A stretch of 64,000 bases of DNA from NCBI GenBank assembly GCA_048538235.1, contig JBLYPX010000001.1:264013-328012 (forward strand), read 5' to 3'. Positions 9,978 through 19,037 of the stretch are shown in pieces. This stretch comes from Candidatus Komeilibacteria bacterium. GTDB taxonomy: Bacteria > Patescibacteriota > Patescibacteriia > UBA1558. The notes under the pieces were generated by a model. The model worked only from the letters and a program-made list of their open reading frames with translations, searched no databases and was not told the DNA's origin. A program made the position numbers and the translations under genes. Position 1 is the first letter of the stretch, and every line of letters begins with the position of its first letter.

Positions 9978-10895
9978 ATGGCTAAGAATAGGGTATTAAT
10001 AATTTACTTAGATGTAAGAAATAGCCTTAAACAGGCTGATTTAATAGCCTCAAAAATGCCAGAATTGGACTTACTTGCAGAGATAGTTACATTGCCATTA
10101 AAAGTTACGGAAGATTGTAGTCAGTTAGAATCGTGGCAAGCTATTAACGAAACAATCTATACTAATTATGACAGATATGACGGATTCGTAGTTGTGAGCA
10201 AGGCAGATAATTTAATTTATTCAGCCGTTGCTACAGACACTGCTTTTGAGAAGAATTATAAGCCAATTATATTTACCACCGCCTTACTTTCAGGCGGTGG
10301 TTTTAAATTTAAGAAATTATCTGATCTTTCTTTAAAAACTAATTTAATTAATGCCTTGCAGATAATTAATAGTAATATTAGCGATGTAATGATTGTCTAT
10401 GGTCAGAAAGCTATTCTAGCAACACTGGCTAGAAAGGTAAGTGTTTCTCATTTAAACTCATATGATAGTTTAACAGGTGAATATATTGCTACGGTAGATT
10501 TTAGTTTAGAGCTATTTGCTAAGCCTAATAAAAAGAATCATGACGTTATATTTAAAAATGATTTTGATGATAGAATAGCTTTGCTATATTTGCACCCAGG
10601 TTTTGTTTGGTCAAAATACAAAGAGGTGTTAAAGAAATCTAAAGCCTTAATTATTAAGAGTACGCACAGCGATGGATTATTAGATAAAGATATTAAATGG
10701 TTAAAGGATAATTTTGGTAATAAGCCAATAATCATATATAACAGATTAGGTATTGTTAGGGAGCAGCCATTGCCTGCTAATTACATTACGACTGACAGAA
10801 TGTCGTGGGAGACTATGATTATTCGAACTATGTGGTGTTTGGCTGCTAGTAAGTCTACAACAACATTTAAGAAAATATTTTTTCCAAAACAATGA
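9978..10895 (+). CDS. Asparaginase-fold protein with degenerate catalytic motifs
   Basis: YDGFVVV..D...Y.A, KPIIFT, NLINAL and LYLHPG align with type I asparaginase; TGGT and HGTDT motifs absent. Confidence 0.7.
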   Translation: MAKNRVLIIYLDVRNSLKQADLIASKMPELDLLAEIVTLPLKVTEDCSQLESWQAINETIYTNYDRYDGFVVVSKADNLIYSAVATDTAFEKNYKPIIFTTALLSGGGFKFKKLSDLSLKTNLINALQIINSNISDVMIVYGQKAILATLARKVSVSHLNSYDSLTGEYIATVDFSLELFAKPNKKNHDVIFKNDFDDRIALLYLHPGFVWSKYKEVLKKSKALIIKSTHSDGLLDKDIKWLKDNFGNKPIIIYNRLGIVREQPLPANYITTDRMSWETMIIRTMWCLAASKSTTTFKKIFFPKQ

Positions 10896-11458
10896 AACTA
10901 TTCTTAAGCATACAAGAGAATAGCTCAACTCAAGCTAAGATTTTTGACATTGATCGTGTATTAACAGATCTTGGCGTTATTGTTTTTACGCCAAAAGATA
11001 AAAGTAATATTTCTAACAATATTTCCTTTTCAAGGCTAGATGGTTTAGTAATAGCTGGGGGAGAGAATAACCAGGATGCAGGATATTTAATAGCGCTGGC
11101 TATCTCGCAAAAGAAGCCAATATTGTATTTACTAGAAAAAGGTCAAGCTCTGCCGGATGAATTGTTATATATTAAAAATAATAATGATGTTTCAAAATAT
11201 TTAATTGTTAAATATTATAACGATTGCAACATTAAAACTAAGATTACAGAGTTTCTAGATTTAATAGAAAACGGAGACTGCAGATGGGACGCACCTTCGG
11301 TTAAATTCACTTGGCGCATAACACCAAGAATAGAAAGATATTTAAGGTGGAAAACATCTGTTTCTGGTAAAACAAAGGCTACTTGGTTAAGAAACCATAT
11401 AGTCAAGGAGATCATAATGAAAGATGTAGAATACCAGAGATTTTTGCAATCAGATTAA
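10892..11458 (+). CDS. Nucleoside-deoxyribosyltransferase-like domain plus C-terminal ribbon-helix-helix; putative regulator
   Basis: GYLIALAISQKKPILYL resembles the NDT-like motif; VKFTWRITPRIERYL...SGKTKATWLR resembles RHH. Confidence 0.6.
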   Translation: MKLFLSIQENSSTQAKIFDIDRVLTDLGVIVFTPKDKSNISNNISFSRLDGLVIAGGENNQDAGYLIALAISQKKPILYLLEKGQALPDELLYIKNNNDVSKYLIVKYYNDCNIKTKITEFLDLIENGDCRWDAPSVKFTWRITPRIERYLRWKTSVSGKTKATWLRNHIVKEIIMKDVEYQRFLQSD

Positions 11459-11489
11459 ATTTACAATATGTGTCTTTTTTAGTATAATA

Positions 11490-12482
11490 ATGCTACTTAT
11501 GCTAAAAAAAGATATAGATAAATTAGCAACTTTTATTGCTAAACAATACGCTATTTATGCACCCGTACCTGAAGATAATGATTTAATTGTTAAACGTGTA
11601 AATGACGTTTCAGAAATAGACTATTCTGCAAGGATTCCCAACAATACTTTTAAGCAGCTTTTCTTACCTTATGAAGAAGAGCTTTTTTCTTTTAAGAAGG
11701 GCAAGATTGAAAAGAATAATACTAAAGTTGAGCCAAAAGCAGCCTTTGGTATGAGTGTGTTAGATTTAAAAGCCTTAGGTCTATTTGATTTAGTATTCTC
11801 TAAAGATCCATATTATTTAGCGAAAAGAGAAAATAATATAGTTATTGGAATATCTTCAGGAGCTCCAGCAGATTATGAGGAGTATAAAGTATTTTCAATG
11901 AATAAAGAGGAGAATATTTTAGAGCACATTCCTTTTGATATCTTTCTTGAAAGAAACAATGAGAATGAGTTTAAAATATATTCTGGGTCAGTTAAAGGAA
12001 GAAAGATTTTAAAAGCAGCCGGTGTAAATGTATTTGAAAATATTCAATTTGCTGGACTTATTCAAGAAGAAGGACCTGATGAAAGAATGTTAAAATTAAT
12101 GCCCGTTGTTAAAGGATCAGAAGATAATCCTGTATGGGATGAGATAGCTAAAATATGTACAGCTTGTGGTAAATGTTCAACTGCTTGCCCAACTTGTTTT
12201 TGTTTTGATCTATTAGATGAATCACAAGAAAATGATAGGGTGAGTAAGAAAAGAGTTTGGGGTAATTGTTTTTATCCAGAGTTTTCACAAGTGGCTGGTA
12301 ATAAGAAATTCGTAGAAACTGTTAAACAAAGATTATTTTTTTGGTATGAGCATAAGTTTAGTAGAACCCCAACAGATTACAAAGTGCCGGGTTGTGTGAG
12401 TTGTATGCGATGTTTTAAGGCCTGTCCGGTTGGCATAAACATTATTGAGGTTTTAAGAAAATTAGAAAACAAAAATGATTGA
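11490..12482 (+). CDS. hydB: Group 3b [NiFe]-hydrogenase beta subunit (4Fe-4S)
   Basis: CTACGKCSTACPTCFCF and CVSCMRCFKACPVGI; true start may be ATG 11499 because TATAAT lies at 11483. Confidence 0.88.
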   Translation: MLLMLKKDIDKLATFIAKQYAIYAPVPEDNDLIVKRVNDVSEIDYSARIPNNTFKQLFLPYEEELFSFKKGKIEKNNTKVEPKAAFGMSVLDLKALGLFDLVFSKDPYYLAKRENNIVIGISSGAPADYEEYKVFSMNKEENILEHIPFDIFLERNNENEFKIYSGSVKGRKILKAAGVNVFENIQFAGLIQEEGPDERMLKLMPVVKGSEDNPVWDEIAKICTACGKCSTACPTCFCFDLLDESQENDRVSKKRVWGNCFYPEFSQVAGNKKFVETVKQRLFFWYEHKFSRTPTDYKVPGCVSCMRCFKACPVGINIIEVLRKLENKND

Positions 12483-13320
12483 TCCATATTTACCACAAAG
12501 AGTTAAGATTACTAAAATAAAAGCTGTAGCTGGAGACGCTGCATTATTTACTACTGAGTTTGTTGATTCGTCTGTACAAAAAAAGTTTGCTTTTATACAA
12601 GGTCAGTTTGCAATGGTGGGAATACCTGGTGTAGGTGAGTGTGCGCTAGATATTTGCTCTCCTTCTGAAAAGTCTACAAAGTATTTACAGTTTACAGTTA
12701 AACAGGTTGGTTTCTTAACAAAGAAACTAGTAGATTCTAAGGTTGGAGACATATTAACCTTTAGAGGTCCTTTTGGTAATGGTTGGCCTAATTTAGAAAA
12801 GCTCGCAAAACCAAACATATTATTAATTGCTGGCGGTTCGGGTGTAGCACCAATCAGAGGTGTAGTTGAACATATTTTAGCTAGTAAACATCAAAAGGAA
12901 AATTTAGTAAAGGTTTTGTGTGGTAGTAATGAAATAGATTATCTAATGTATCAGGATGAAATGCCTAATTGGATAAATAATGATATTAAATTGGGTATTG
13001 CTATAGATAGGCTAAGTAAAGCAACATCTATCGCTAATACTAAGGTTACAAAGGGGTTTGTTACAAATTTACTTAATGCTGACGATATAGACAAAGACTC
13101 AACAGTATTTATGGTTGGACCACCAGCTATGTATAAACCAGTAATAAAAAAATTACAGGAATTAGGGTTTGCAGATGAAGATATATTCTATTCCCTAGAA
13201 AGACGTATGCATTGTGGGGTAGGTGTTTGTCAACATTGTGCAGTAAATGATGTATATGTTTGTAAGGATGGTCCGGTTTTCAATGTAAATGATTTAATTA
13301 ATAACCCAGATTTAATATGA
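12475..13320 (+). CDS. hydG: Group 3b hydrogenase gamma subunit (FAD/NAD(P)-binding, 2Fe-2S)
   Basis: GQFAM, RGPFGNGW, IAGGSGVAP, ERRMHCGVGVCQHC...CKDGPVF. Confidence 0.9.
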   Translation: MIDPYLPQRVKITKIKAVAGDAALFTTEFVDSSVQKKFAFIQGQFAMVGIPGVGECALDICSPSEKSTKYLQFTVKQVGFLTKKLVDSKVGDILTFRGPFGNGWPNLEKLAKPNILLIAGGSGVAPIRGVVEHILASKHQKENLVKVLCGSNEIDYLMYQDEMPNWINNDIKLGIAIDRLSKATSIANTKVTKGFVTNLLNADDIDKDSTVFMVGPPAMYKPVIKKLQELGFADEDIFYSLERRMHCGVGVCQHCAVNDVYVCKDGPVFNVNDLINNPDLI

Positions 13321-14228
13321 TAAATAATAAAAGAAGAAAAGGTTTTCTATTTGTATTAGCAACAGCTGGTATATCTGGTTTTTCTATCTTTTTAAATAAG
13401 TTTGGGGTTGCTATGAATGACCCCTATGTATTTGCCGGGTTGAAGAATGTATTAGTTGGAATATTTTTTGTTGGAATAGTAATGCTAATTAATAAATATC
13501 CACTTAAGGAAATCTCTAAGAAGCAGTGGGTGTTATTAATCACTGTTGGATTAATTGGTGGAGCTATTCCATTTCTCATGTTCTTTAAAGGTTTGAGTTT
13601 AACCTTAGCAGTAAAAGCTGGATTTATTCATAAGAGTATGTTTTTAATAGTTGCTATGCTATCTGCATTATTTTTGAAGCAAGCACAAAATAAATATGTA
13701 TGGATTGGAATTGTTTCATTACTAATTGGCAATGTGTTGTTTTTAAATATTAAACCTCAGGTTTTAAATTTTGGTGATTTATTAGTATTGGGTGCTGTAT
13801 TGCTATGGTCTGTTGAAATTATTTTATCTAAGAAACTATTAGTAAATTTACCAACAAGTGTAGTGGCGGGTTCAAGAATGTTTTTTGGCAGTATATTTAT
13901 TTGGTTATTCTTAATATTATCTGGTAAGGCAATGTTGGTAAGTAATTTAAACCTAGAGCAGTGGGGTTGGGTTGGAATAACAGCAGTCTTGTTAATTGGT
14001 TATGTAGGTACGTTTTATTCAGGTTTGAAATATGTTTCTGCTGTAGAAGCTACGTCTGTATTAGCACTAGGTGCTCCTATTACCGCAATATTAACAATGA
14101 TATTTTTAGATAAAACTATTTCTGGTTTGGCAGTAATTGGCATATTGTTTATTACATTGGGATTGTTTGTTTTGTATAGAGCACAGAAGATTAGTTTAGG
14201 ACAATGGTCTTTAGTAAAAAACAAATAG
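13317..14228 (+). CDS. DMT/EamA family transporter
   Basis: About ten TM helices in two EamA-like halves. Confidence 0.85.
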   Translation: MINNKRRKGFLFVLATAGISGFSIFLNKFGVAMNDPYVFAGLKNVLVGIFFVGIVMLINKYPLKEISKKQWVLLITVGLIGGAIPFLMFFKGLSLTLAVKAGFIHKSMFLIVAMLSALFLKQAQNKYVWIGIVSLLIGNVLFLNIKPQVLNFGDLLVLGAVLLWSVEIILSKKLLVNLPTSVVAGSRMFFGSIFIWLFLILSGKAMLVSNLNLEQWGWVGITAVLLIGYVGTFYSGLKYVSAVEATSVLALGAPITAILTMIFLDKTISGLAVIGILFITLGLFVLYRAQKISLGQWSLVKNK

Positions 14229-14986
14229 AGCTGGTTGAAAAAACTAGAAGATTAAGTTTTAAGAACTTTGATAGCATTAAAATATCTGGAGATGGTGTAA
14301 GGATTATATCTAATATATTTTTAAACCCAGATTGTTTAATAGATATAAACTTAGATGAATATATAGATAAAGATGTATTATTGGCAGATCTTTCAAAACA
14401 TATAGTAACAGCAGCCCCAGCAACACTAGCACAGTATGCCCAAGATCATAAGAAGGAATACCTTTCTAGGGATGATGTTATTAAATGTTTTGCTCTTGAT
14501 CATTTAAATACAATTGAAAACAATGACATTATTAAATTAAAGGGTGCTAGTTATGCTTTAGCTCATGCTTTATCTGTAGCTAGGGTAGAAAATATTTATC
14601 ATAATAAAGGAGTTGTTGTGGCAGAGTTAGTGGCAGATAATATTAAGTATATAAATGTAATTATCCCAAATAATTTAAAGGTAGAAGTGGAAGATAGTGT
14701 TTGGCAACATTTTGGGGTGGTTATAGATAAGGTAAATGAAAAAGATAAGGAAATTATTTCTGAACAAGCACAACACCCAGAATGGCAAAGGATATTAAAT
14801 GAAGTTAAAGATACTATAATAGATTATATGGATGAAAAGGTTTTTGAAAAGAATGTTTATAAAAATATTATTAGTGAAATAGAGAATAGACAGAGTGGTG
14901 ATTATAAACAAGGAGCTGGTCAAAATGAAATTGATCAAGCTGTTAAAAATAATAGTAAGGTTAATAAAATAAAATTTACAAATTAA
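14204..14986 (+). CDS. Hypothetical protein in hydrogenase cluster with a HypC-like segment
   Basis: LKVEVEDSVWQHFGVVIDKV resembles HypC V.vGD.VlvHvG.ai.ki; overlaps both neighbours. Confidence 0.65.
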   Translation: MVFSKKQIELVEKTRRLSFKNFDSIKISGDGVRIISNIFLNPDCLIDINLDEYIDKDVLLADLSKHIVTAAPATLAQYAQDHKKEYLSRDDVIKCFALDHLNTIENNDIIKLKGASYALAHALSVARVENIYHNKGVVVAELVADNIKYINVIIPNNLKVEVEDSVWQHFGVVIDKVNEKDKEIISEQAQHPEWQRILNEVKDTIIDYMDEKVFEKNVYKNIISEIENRQSGDYKQGAGQNEIDQAVKNNSKVNKIKFTN

Positions 14987-15459
14987 TGAATAATATTTAC
15001 GAAGAAAAACAAAGATCAAGTATTATGACCATAGTTATATTTTTAGTTGTAGCTTTTGTTTTTGCAGTGACTTTAATAAGTAATTGGTTTGAATACGGAG
15101 AAGTTGCTTTTAGACAAGGCGATGAAGCTGCTTTTTTGGCCATGGCTGTAATTTTTGTATTGATGTTCATATTTTTCTACAATCTAAAGATTGTTATTAC
15201 AGAAGATCGTTTGGAATTCGGTTTTGGTATATTTAAGAAAAAGATTAATAAGGGTGAAATTAAATTAGTTACTGTTAAAAAGTTTGAATTTAAAAATTAC
15301 TGGGGTTATGGCATAAGACTTGGTAGATTAGATAAGTCTTGGGGATATATTGCAGGTAATGATAAAGGAGTATATTTAGAACTTGAGAATAAGAAGTTTT
15401 TCTTTACTACAGACAATCCAGAACAAGTTGTAGATTTAATTAAAAAAACTTTAATGTAA
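14986..15459 (+). CDS. Two-TM membrane protein with bacterial PH-like soluble domain
   Basis: Two hydrophobic helices, then WGYGIR...GVYLEL...FTTDNPE. Confidence 0.7.
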   Translation: MNNIYEEKQRSSIMTIVIFLVVAFVFAVTLISNWFEYGEVAFRQGDEAAFLAMAVIFVLMFIFFYNLKIVITEDRLEFGFGIFKKKINKGEIKLVTVKKFEFKNYWGYGIRLGRLDKSWGYIAGNDKGVYLELENKKFFFTTDNPEQVVDLIKKTLM

Positions 15460-16212
15460 ATGATTAAGCGTAAGTTAAAAATAGCAATTATTGGTTTAAC
15501 GTCCTGTGAAGGATGTGAATTTGCACTGCTGGATACTGGTAAAGAATTTTTAGATTTTCTAAAACAAGTAGATTTAGCAGAGTTTAGATTATTAGAAGAG
15601 GAGTTTGATAGAAATGAGTATTATGATATTTGTTTTATTGAAGGTTCACCAATAACAAAAGAGAATGTTAAAACTTTGAAAGAAGCTAGAGAAAAGTCAA
15701 AGTATTTAGTAGCACTCGGTAACTGTGCAGCTATGGGCGGAGTTCACGAGATAAAGAATTATCATAACAAAAAAAAGATAAAAGAATATATTTATGGTCA
15801 AAATTCAACTGTGGCTAATCCAGATATTAAAGAAATAGATAATATTGTTAAAGTAGATTATAAAGTTTCCGGATGTCCTATTAATGCAAATGAATTCTAT
15901 AAAATAGTATATGCTTTAATGAGAAATGAGAGGGTAAGTATTTTACAAAGACCTGTTTGTTTTGAGTGTCAAGCTAGAGGTTATGAATGCTTATTACAAA
16001 AAGGTGAGCCTTGTTTAGGACCTATTATCCTTGGTGGTTGTGAAGCAGTTTGTTTAAAGAGTAAAATGGCTTGTCAGGGTTGTCGGGGTTTATTTGAAGG
16101 AGCTCAAGTTAAAACTATGATGAAAAAATTAATTAAAGAACACGGCCAAGAGAAAGTTAATAGAATAACAGAAATTTTTGGCTTAAGAGATGAAATAGAA
16201 GAAAAATTATGA
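15460..16212 (+). CDS. hydD: Group 3b hydrogenase delta (small) subunit
   Basis: LTSCEGC, IEGS, ALGNCA, GCP, VCFEC, CLGP, C.GCRG. Confidence 0.92.
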   Translation: MIKRKLKIAIIGLTSCEGCEFALLDTGKEFLDFLKQVDLAEFRLLEEEFDRNEYYDICFIEGSPITKENVKTLKEAREKSKYLVALGNCAAMGGVHEIKNYHNKKKIKEYIYGQNSTVANPDIKEIDNIVKVDYKVSGCPINANEFYKIVYALMRNERVSILQRPVCFECQARGYECLLQKGEPCLGPIILGGCEAVCLKSKMACQGCRGLFEGAQVKTMMKKLIKEHGQEKVNRITEIFGLRDEIEEKL

Positions 16213-17459
16213 AAATACAAATAAATCATTTAGCAAAAATGGAAGGTCATGCTGGTTTTGTAGGACATATCTTAGATGGTAATGTCGGTAAAGCTAAGAT
16301 AGAAACACAAGAAGGCGCTAGACTTATTGAGGGAATGCTACTAGGGCGTCATTATATGGATGCACCTATTATCACTTCCCGCATTTGCGGTATTTGTCCA
16401 GTAGTACACAACTTAACAGCCATTGAATCTTTAGAAAAAGGATTAGGTGTAAAAGTTTCAAAGCAAACAAAAACTTTAAGAAAGTTAATGCAGTACTCAC
16501 AAATTATTCATAGTCATGGTTTACATTTATTCTTTTTATCTTTACCTGACTTCTATGGCATTTTAAATGATTTGCAGATGATAAAAAAGCAACCACAAGA
16601 AGCAGATATGGCTATTGCTATACGAAGGTGGGCAACAGATTTAATTAGACTAGTGGGCGGCAGGACTGTTCACCCTATTACTTCTGAGGTTGGTGGCTTT
16701 AAGACATTGCCAGCTCAAGCAGATTTAGATGCACTTAAGGATAGATTGCCAGATTTAATAGATAAGGCCACAAAGCTAGTAAAGCTATTTATTAAATTAA
16801 ACTATCCTGAGCTAGATAGAAAAACAGAATATATTTGCCTATACAATGAAGAAGAGTATGCAATATATAACGGAGATATTAAATCTTCAGAAGGGGAGAT
16901 AATTAGCAGTGCTAAGTTTAGTAAAAAGATTACAGAAATTAAAAAACAGTATGAGGCTGTAAAGAAAGCTAAATTATCTGGCAATTCATTTATGGTTGGT
17001 GCTATTGCAAGACTTAATAATAATTCTAAGCAGTTGAATCCTAAGGCTAAGGAATTATTAAAAGCCTCTGGCTTAAAACTACCAACATATAATTCTTTCT
17101 ATAATATCCTTGCTCAGGCTATTGAGTTGGTACACATGTTAGAAGAATCTCAAAAGATATTAAACACTCTAAAGATTAAAGAAGAAGAACAGGTTAAGTA
17201 TGAAGTAAGGGCTTGCTCAGCAGTAGCTGCTATGGAAGCACCAAGAGGAACATTATTTCACTATTATAGATTAGATAAAGATGGAATAATCCAAGATTGT
17301 AATATTATTACTCCAACAGCACAGTTTCTATATAACCTTGAAGATGATTTAGCAAAATACTTACCAGATATTAAGAATATGACTGCTAAGGAAAGAAGGC
17401 AGAAGATAAGATTATTAATACGCGCTTACGATCCTTGTATCAGCTGCGCAACACATTAA
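16209..17459 (+). CDS. hydA: Group 3b [NiFe]-hydrogenase alpha (large) subunit
   Basis: EGH, L1 RICGICPVVH, EAPRGTLFH, L2 RAYDPCISCATH at the very C-terminus. Confidence 0.95.
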   Translation: MKIQINHLAKMEGHAGFVGHILDGNVGKAKIETQEGARLIEGMLLGRHYMDAPIITSRICGICPVVHNLTAIESLEKGLGVKVSKQTKTLRKLMQYSQIIHSHGLHLFFLSLPDFYGILNDLQMIKKQPQEADMAIAIRRWATDLIRLVGGRTVHPITSEVGGFKTLPAQADLDALKDRLPDLIDKATKLVKLFIKLNYPELDRKTEYICLYNEEEYAIYNGDIKSSEGEIISSAKFSKKITEIKKQYEAVKKAKLSGNSFMVGAIARLNNNSKQLNPKAKELLKASGLKLPTYNSFYNILAQAIELVHMLEESQKILNTLKIKEEEQVKYEVRACSAVAAMEAPRGTLFHYYRLDKDGIIQDCNIITPTAQFLYNLEDDLAKYLPDIKNMTAKERRQKIRLLIRAYDPCISCATH

Positions 17460-17463
17460 ACAT

Positions 17464-17718
17464 ATGCATGATTTACACGAAGCAGATAGAATTCTAAAAC
17501 TAGTTTTAGAAAAAGCTGTAGAAAATAGATTAAAGCTTGTTAAAGAAATAGATATCAGACTTGGTCAAATAGAAGAGCATGGTGAAATTATTAATCCAGA
17601 TAATTTAAGATTTAATATGCTTAATTTAGCTAAAGGCACAATTGCTGAAAATGCTTTAATAAACATCTCAGTTATTGAAGGAGATAGTTGGGAATTAGTA
17701 TCTATTGACGGTAATTAA
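17464..17718 (+). CDS. hypA: Short HypA-like nickel chaperone lacking the Zn-finger
   Basis: MHD N-terminus, LRFN, GTIAENA.I.I and C-terminal ELVSID; no CxxC. Confidence 0.8.
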   Translation: MHDLHEADRILKLVLEKAVENRLKLVKEIDIRLGQIEEHGEIINPDNLRFNMLNLAKGTIAENALINISVIEGDSWELVSIDGN

Positions 17719-17719
17719 T

Positions 17720-17923
17720 ATGTGCATGACTGTTCCGTACAAAGTAAAAAGCATTCAAGACAATACTGTTATTGGTATTGTAGCTGATCAAGTAAAAGAA
17801 TTTAAAACAGATGTTTTAGAAGAGGATATTAAAGTGGGAGATTATTTCTTAGCGCAGAATGGTTATGTGTTACAAATAATACCTAAGCAAGATGCAGATA
17901 ATTTAATGAATTTATTTAATTAA
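17720..17923 (+). CDS. hypC: HypC/HupF-like chaperone
   Basis: MCMTVP start and IKVGDYFL. Confidence 0.78.
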   Translation: MCMTVPYKVKSIQDNTVIGIVADQVKEFKTDVLEEDIKVGDYFLAQNGYVLQIIPKQDADNLMNLFN

Positions 17924-19033
17924 ATGAAAAAGCTCAATCAATTAAAAAATATAAAAGATAAAAATATAATAGTACGTGTAGATTTTAATGTACCCATGAA
18001 AGGTAAAAAGATCATAGATGATTTTAAAATCTATGAAGTAATACCAACTATTAAACATTTACTTAAAAATAATGCTAGAGTTATATTAATTTCTCATCTA
18101 GGGCGCCCTAAGGGAAAAGAATTAAAATATAGTTTAAAACCAGTCGCTAAACATTTAGAAAATATATTGAAAAGAAAAGTAGAGTTTATTACAGACTATT
18201 CAAAGGTTAAAGATAATAAAGCAAAGTTAATACTACTTGAGAATATTCGTTTTGATAGTAGAGAACAAAAAGGTTCAAAGGTGTTTGCTAAAGAACTTGC
18301 TGAACTTGGAGATTATTTAATATTTGAATCATTTGCATCAAGCCACAGAAAAGATTCTTCAGTATATTATTTACCAGATTATTTAGAAACATATGCTGGT
18401 TATAGATTTGAATATGAACTGCAAAATTTAAATCTAAAGAAAGCAAAGGGTATGGTTGCTGTTATGGGTGGTGCTAAAATATCTACTAAAGTACAACTTA
18501 TTAATAAATTATTACCACAAGTAGATTATTTAATTGTGGGGGGAGCGCTAGCTAATAATTTTCTAAAAGCTTTAGACTTGCCAATTGGTAAATCTATGTA
18601 TGAGCCAGAGATGGTTAATATTTGTAAGAAATTGATTAATAGAAAGATATTATTACCAATAGATGTGGCAGTTGAATCAAGAAATAAAAGGCAAATAAAA
18701 CCAGTGTCTGAAGTTAAAAACTATGATAGAATACTAGATATTGGACCAGCTACTATTGAATATTATATAGATATAATAAAACAAGCTAAGTCTGTTATTT
18801 GGAATGGTCCAATGGGTATGTTTGAAAAAACAGGTTATGAAAAGGGAAGTTATGAAATAGCAATGGCTATTGCTAGCACTAAAGGTAAGACAATAGTAGG
18901 TGGTGGAGAAACATTAGCAATAATTGAACACCTAAAACTACACCAGTACTATAATTTCATTTCAACTGGTGGCGGGGCAATGCTAAAATATTTGGAAAGT
19001 AAAAATTTACCAATACTTAAAAAATTAAAATAA
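17924..19033 (+). CDS. pgk: Phosphoglycerate kinase
   Basis: VRVDFNVP, SHLGRP, GGAKISTK, WNGPMG, STGGGA. Confidence 0.96.
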   Translation: MKKLNQLKNIKDKNIIVRVDFNVPMKGKKIIDDFKIYEVIPTIKHLLKNNARVILISHLGRPKGKELKYSLKPVAKHLENILKRKVEFITDYSKVKDNKAKLILLENIRFDSREQKGSKVFAKELAELGDYLIFESFASSHRKDSSVYYLPDYLETYAGYRFEYELQNLNLKKAKGMVAVMGGAKISTKVQLINKLLPQVDYLIVGGALANNFLKALDLPIGKSMYEPEMVNICKKLINRKILLPIDVAVESRNKRQIKPVSEVKNYDRILDIGPATIEYYIDIIKQAKSVIWNGPMGMFEKTGYEKGSYEIAMAIASTKGKTIVGGGETLAIIEHLKLHQYYNFISTGGGAMLKYLESKNLPILKKLK

Positions 19034-19037
19034 TAAT

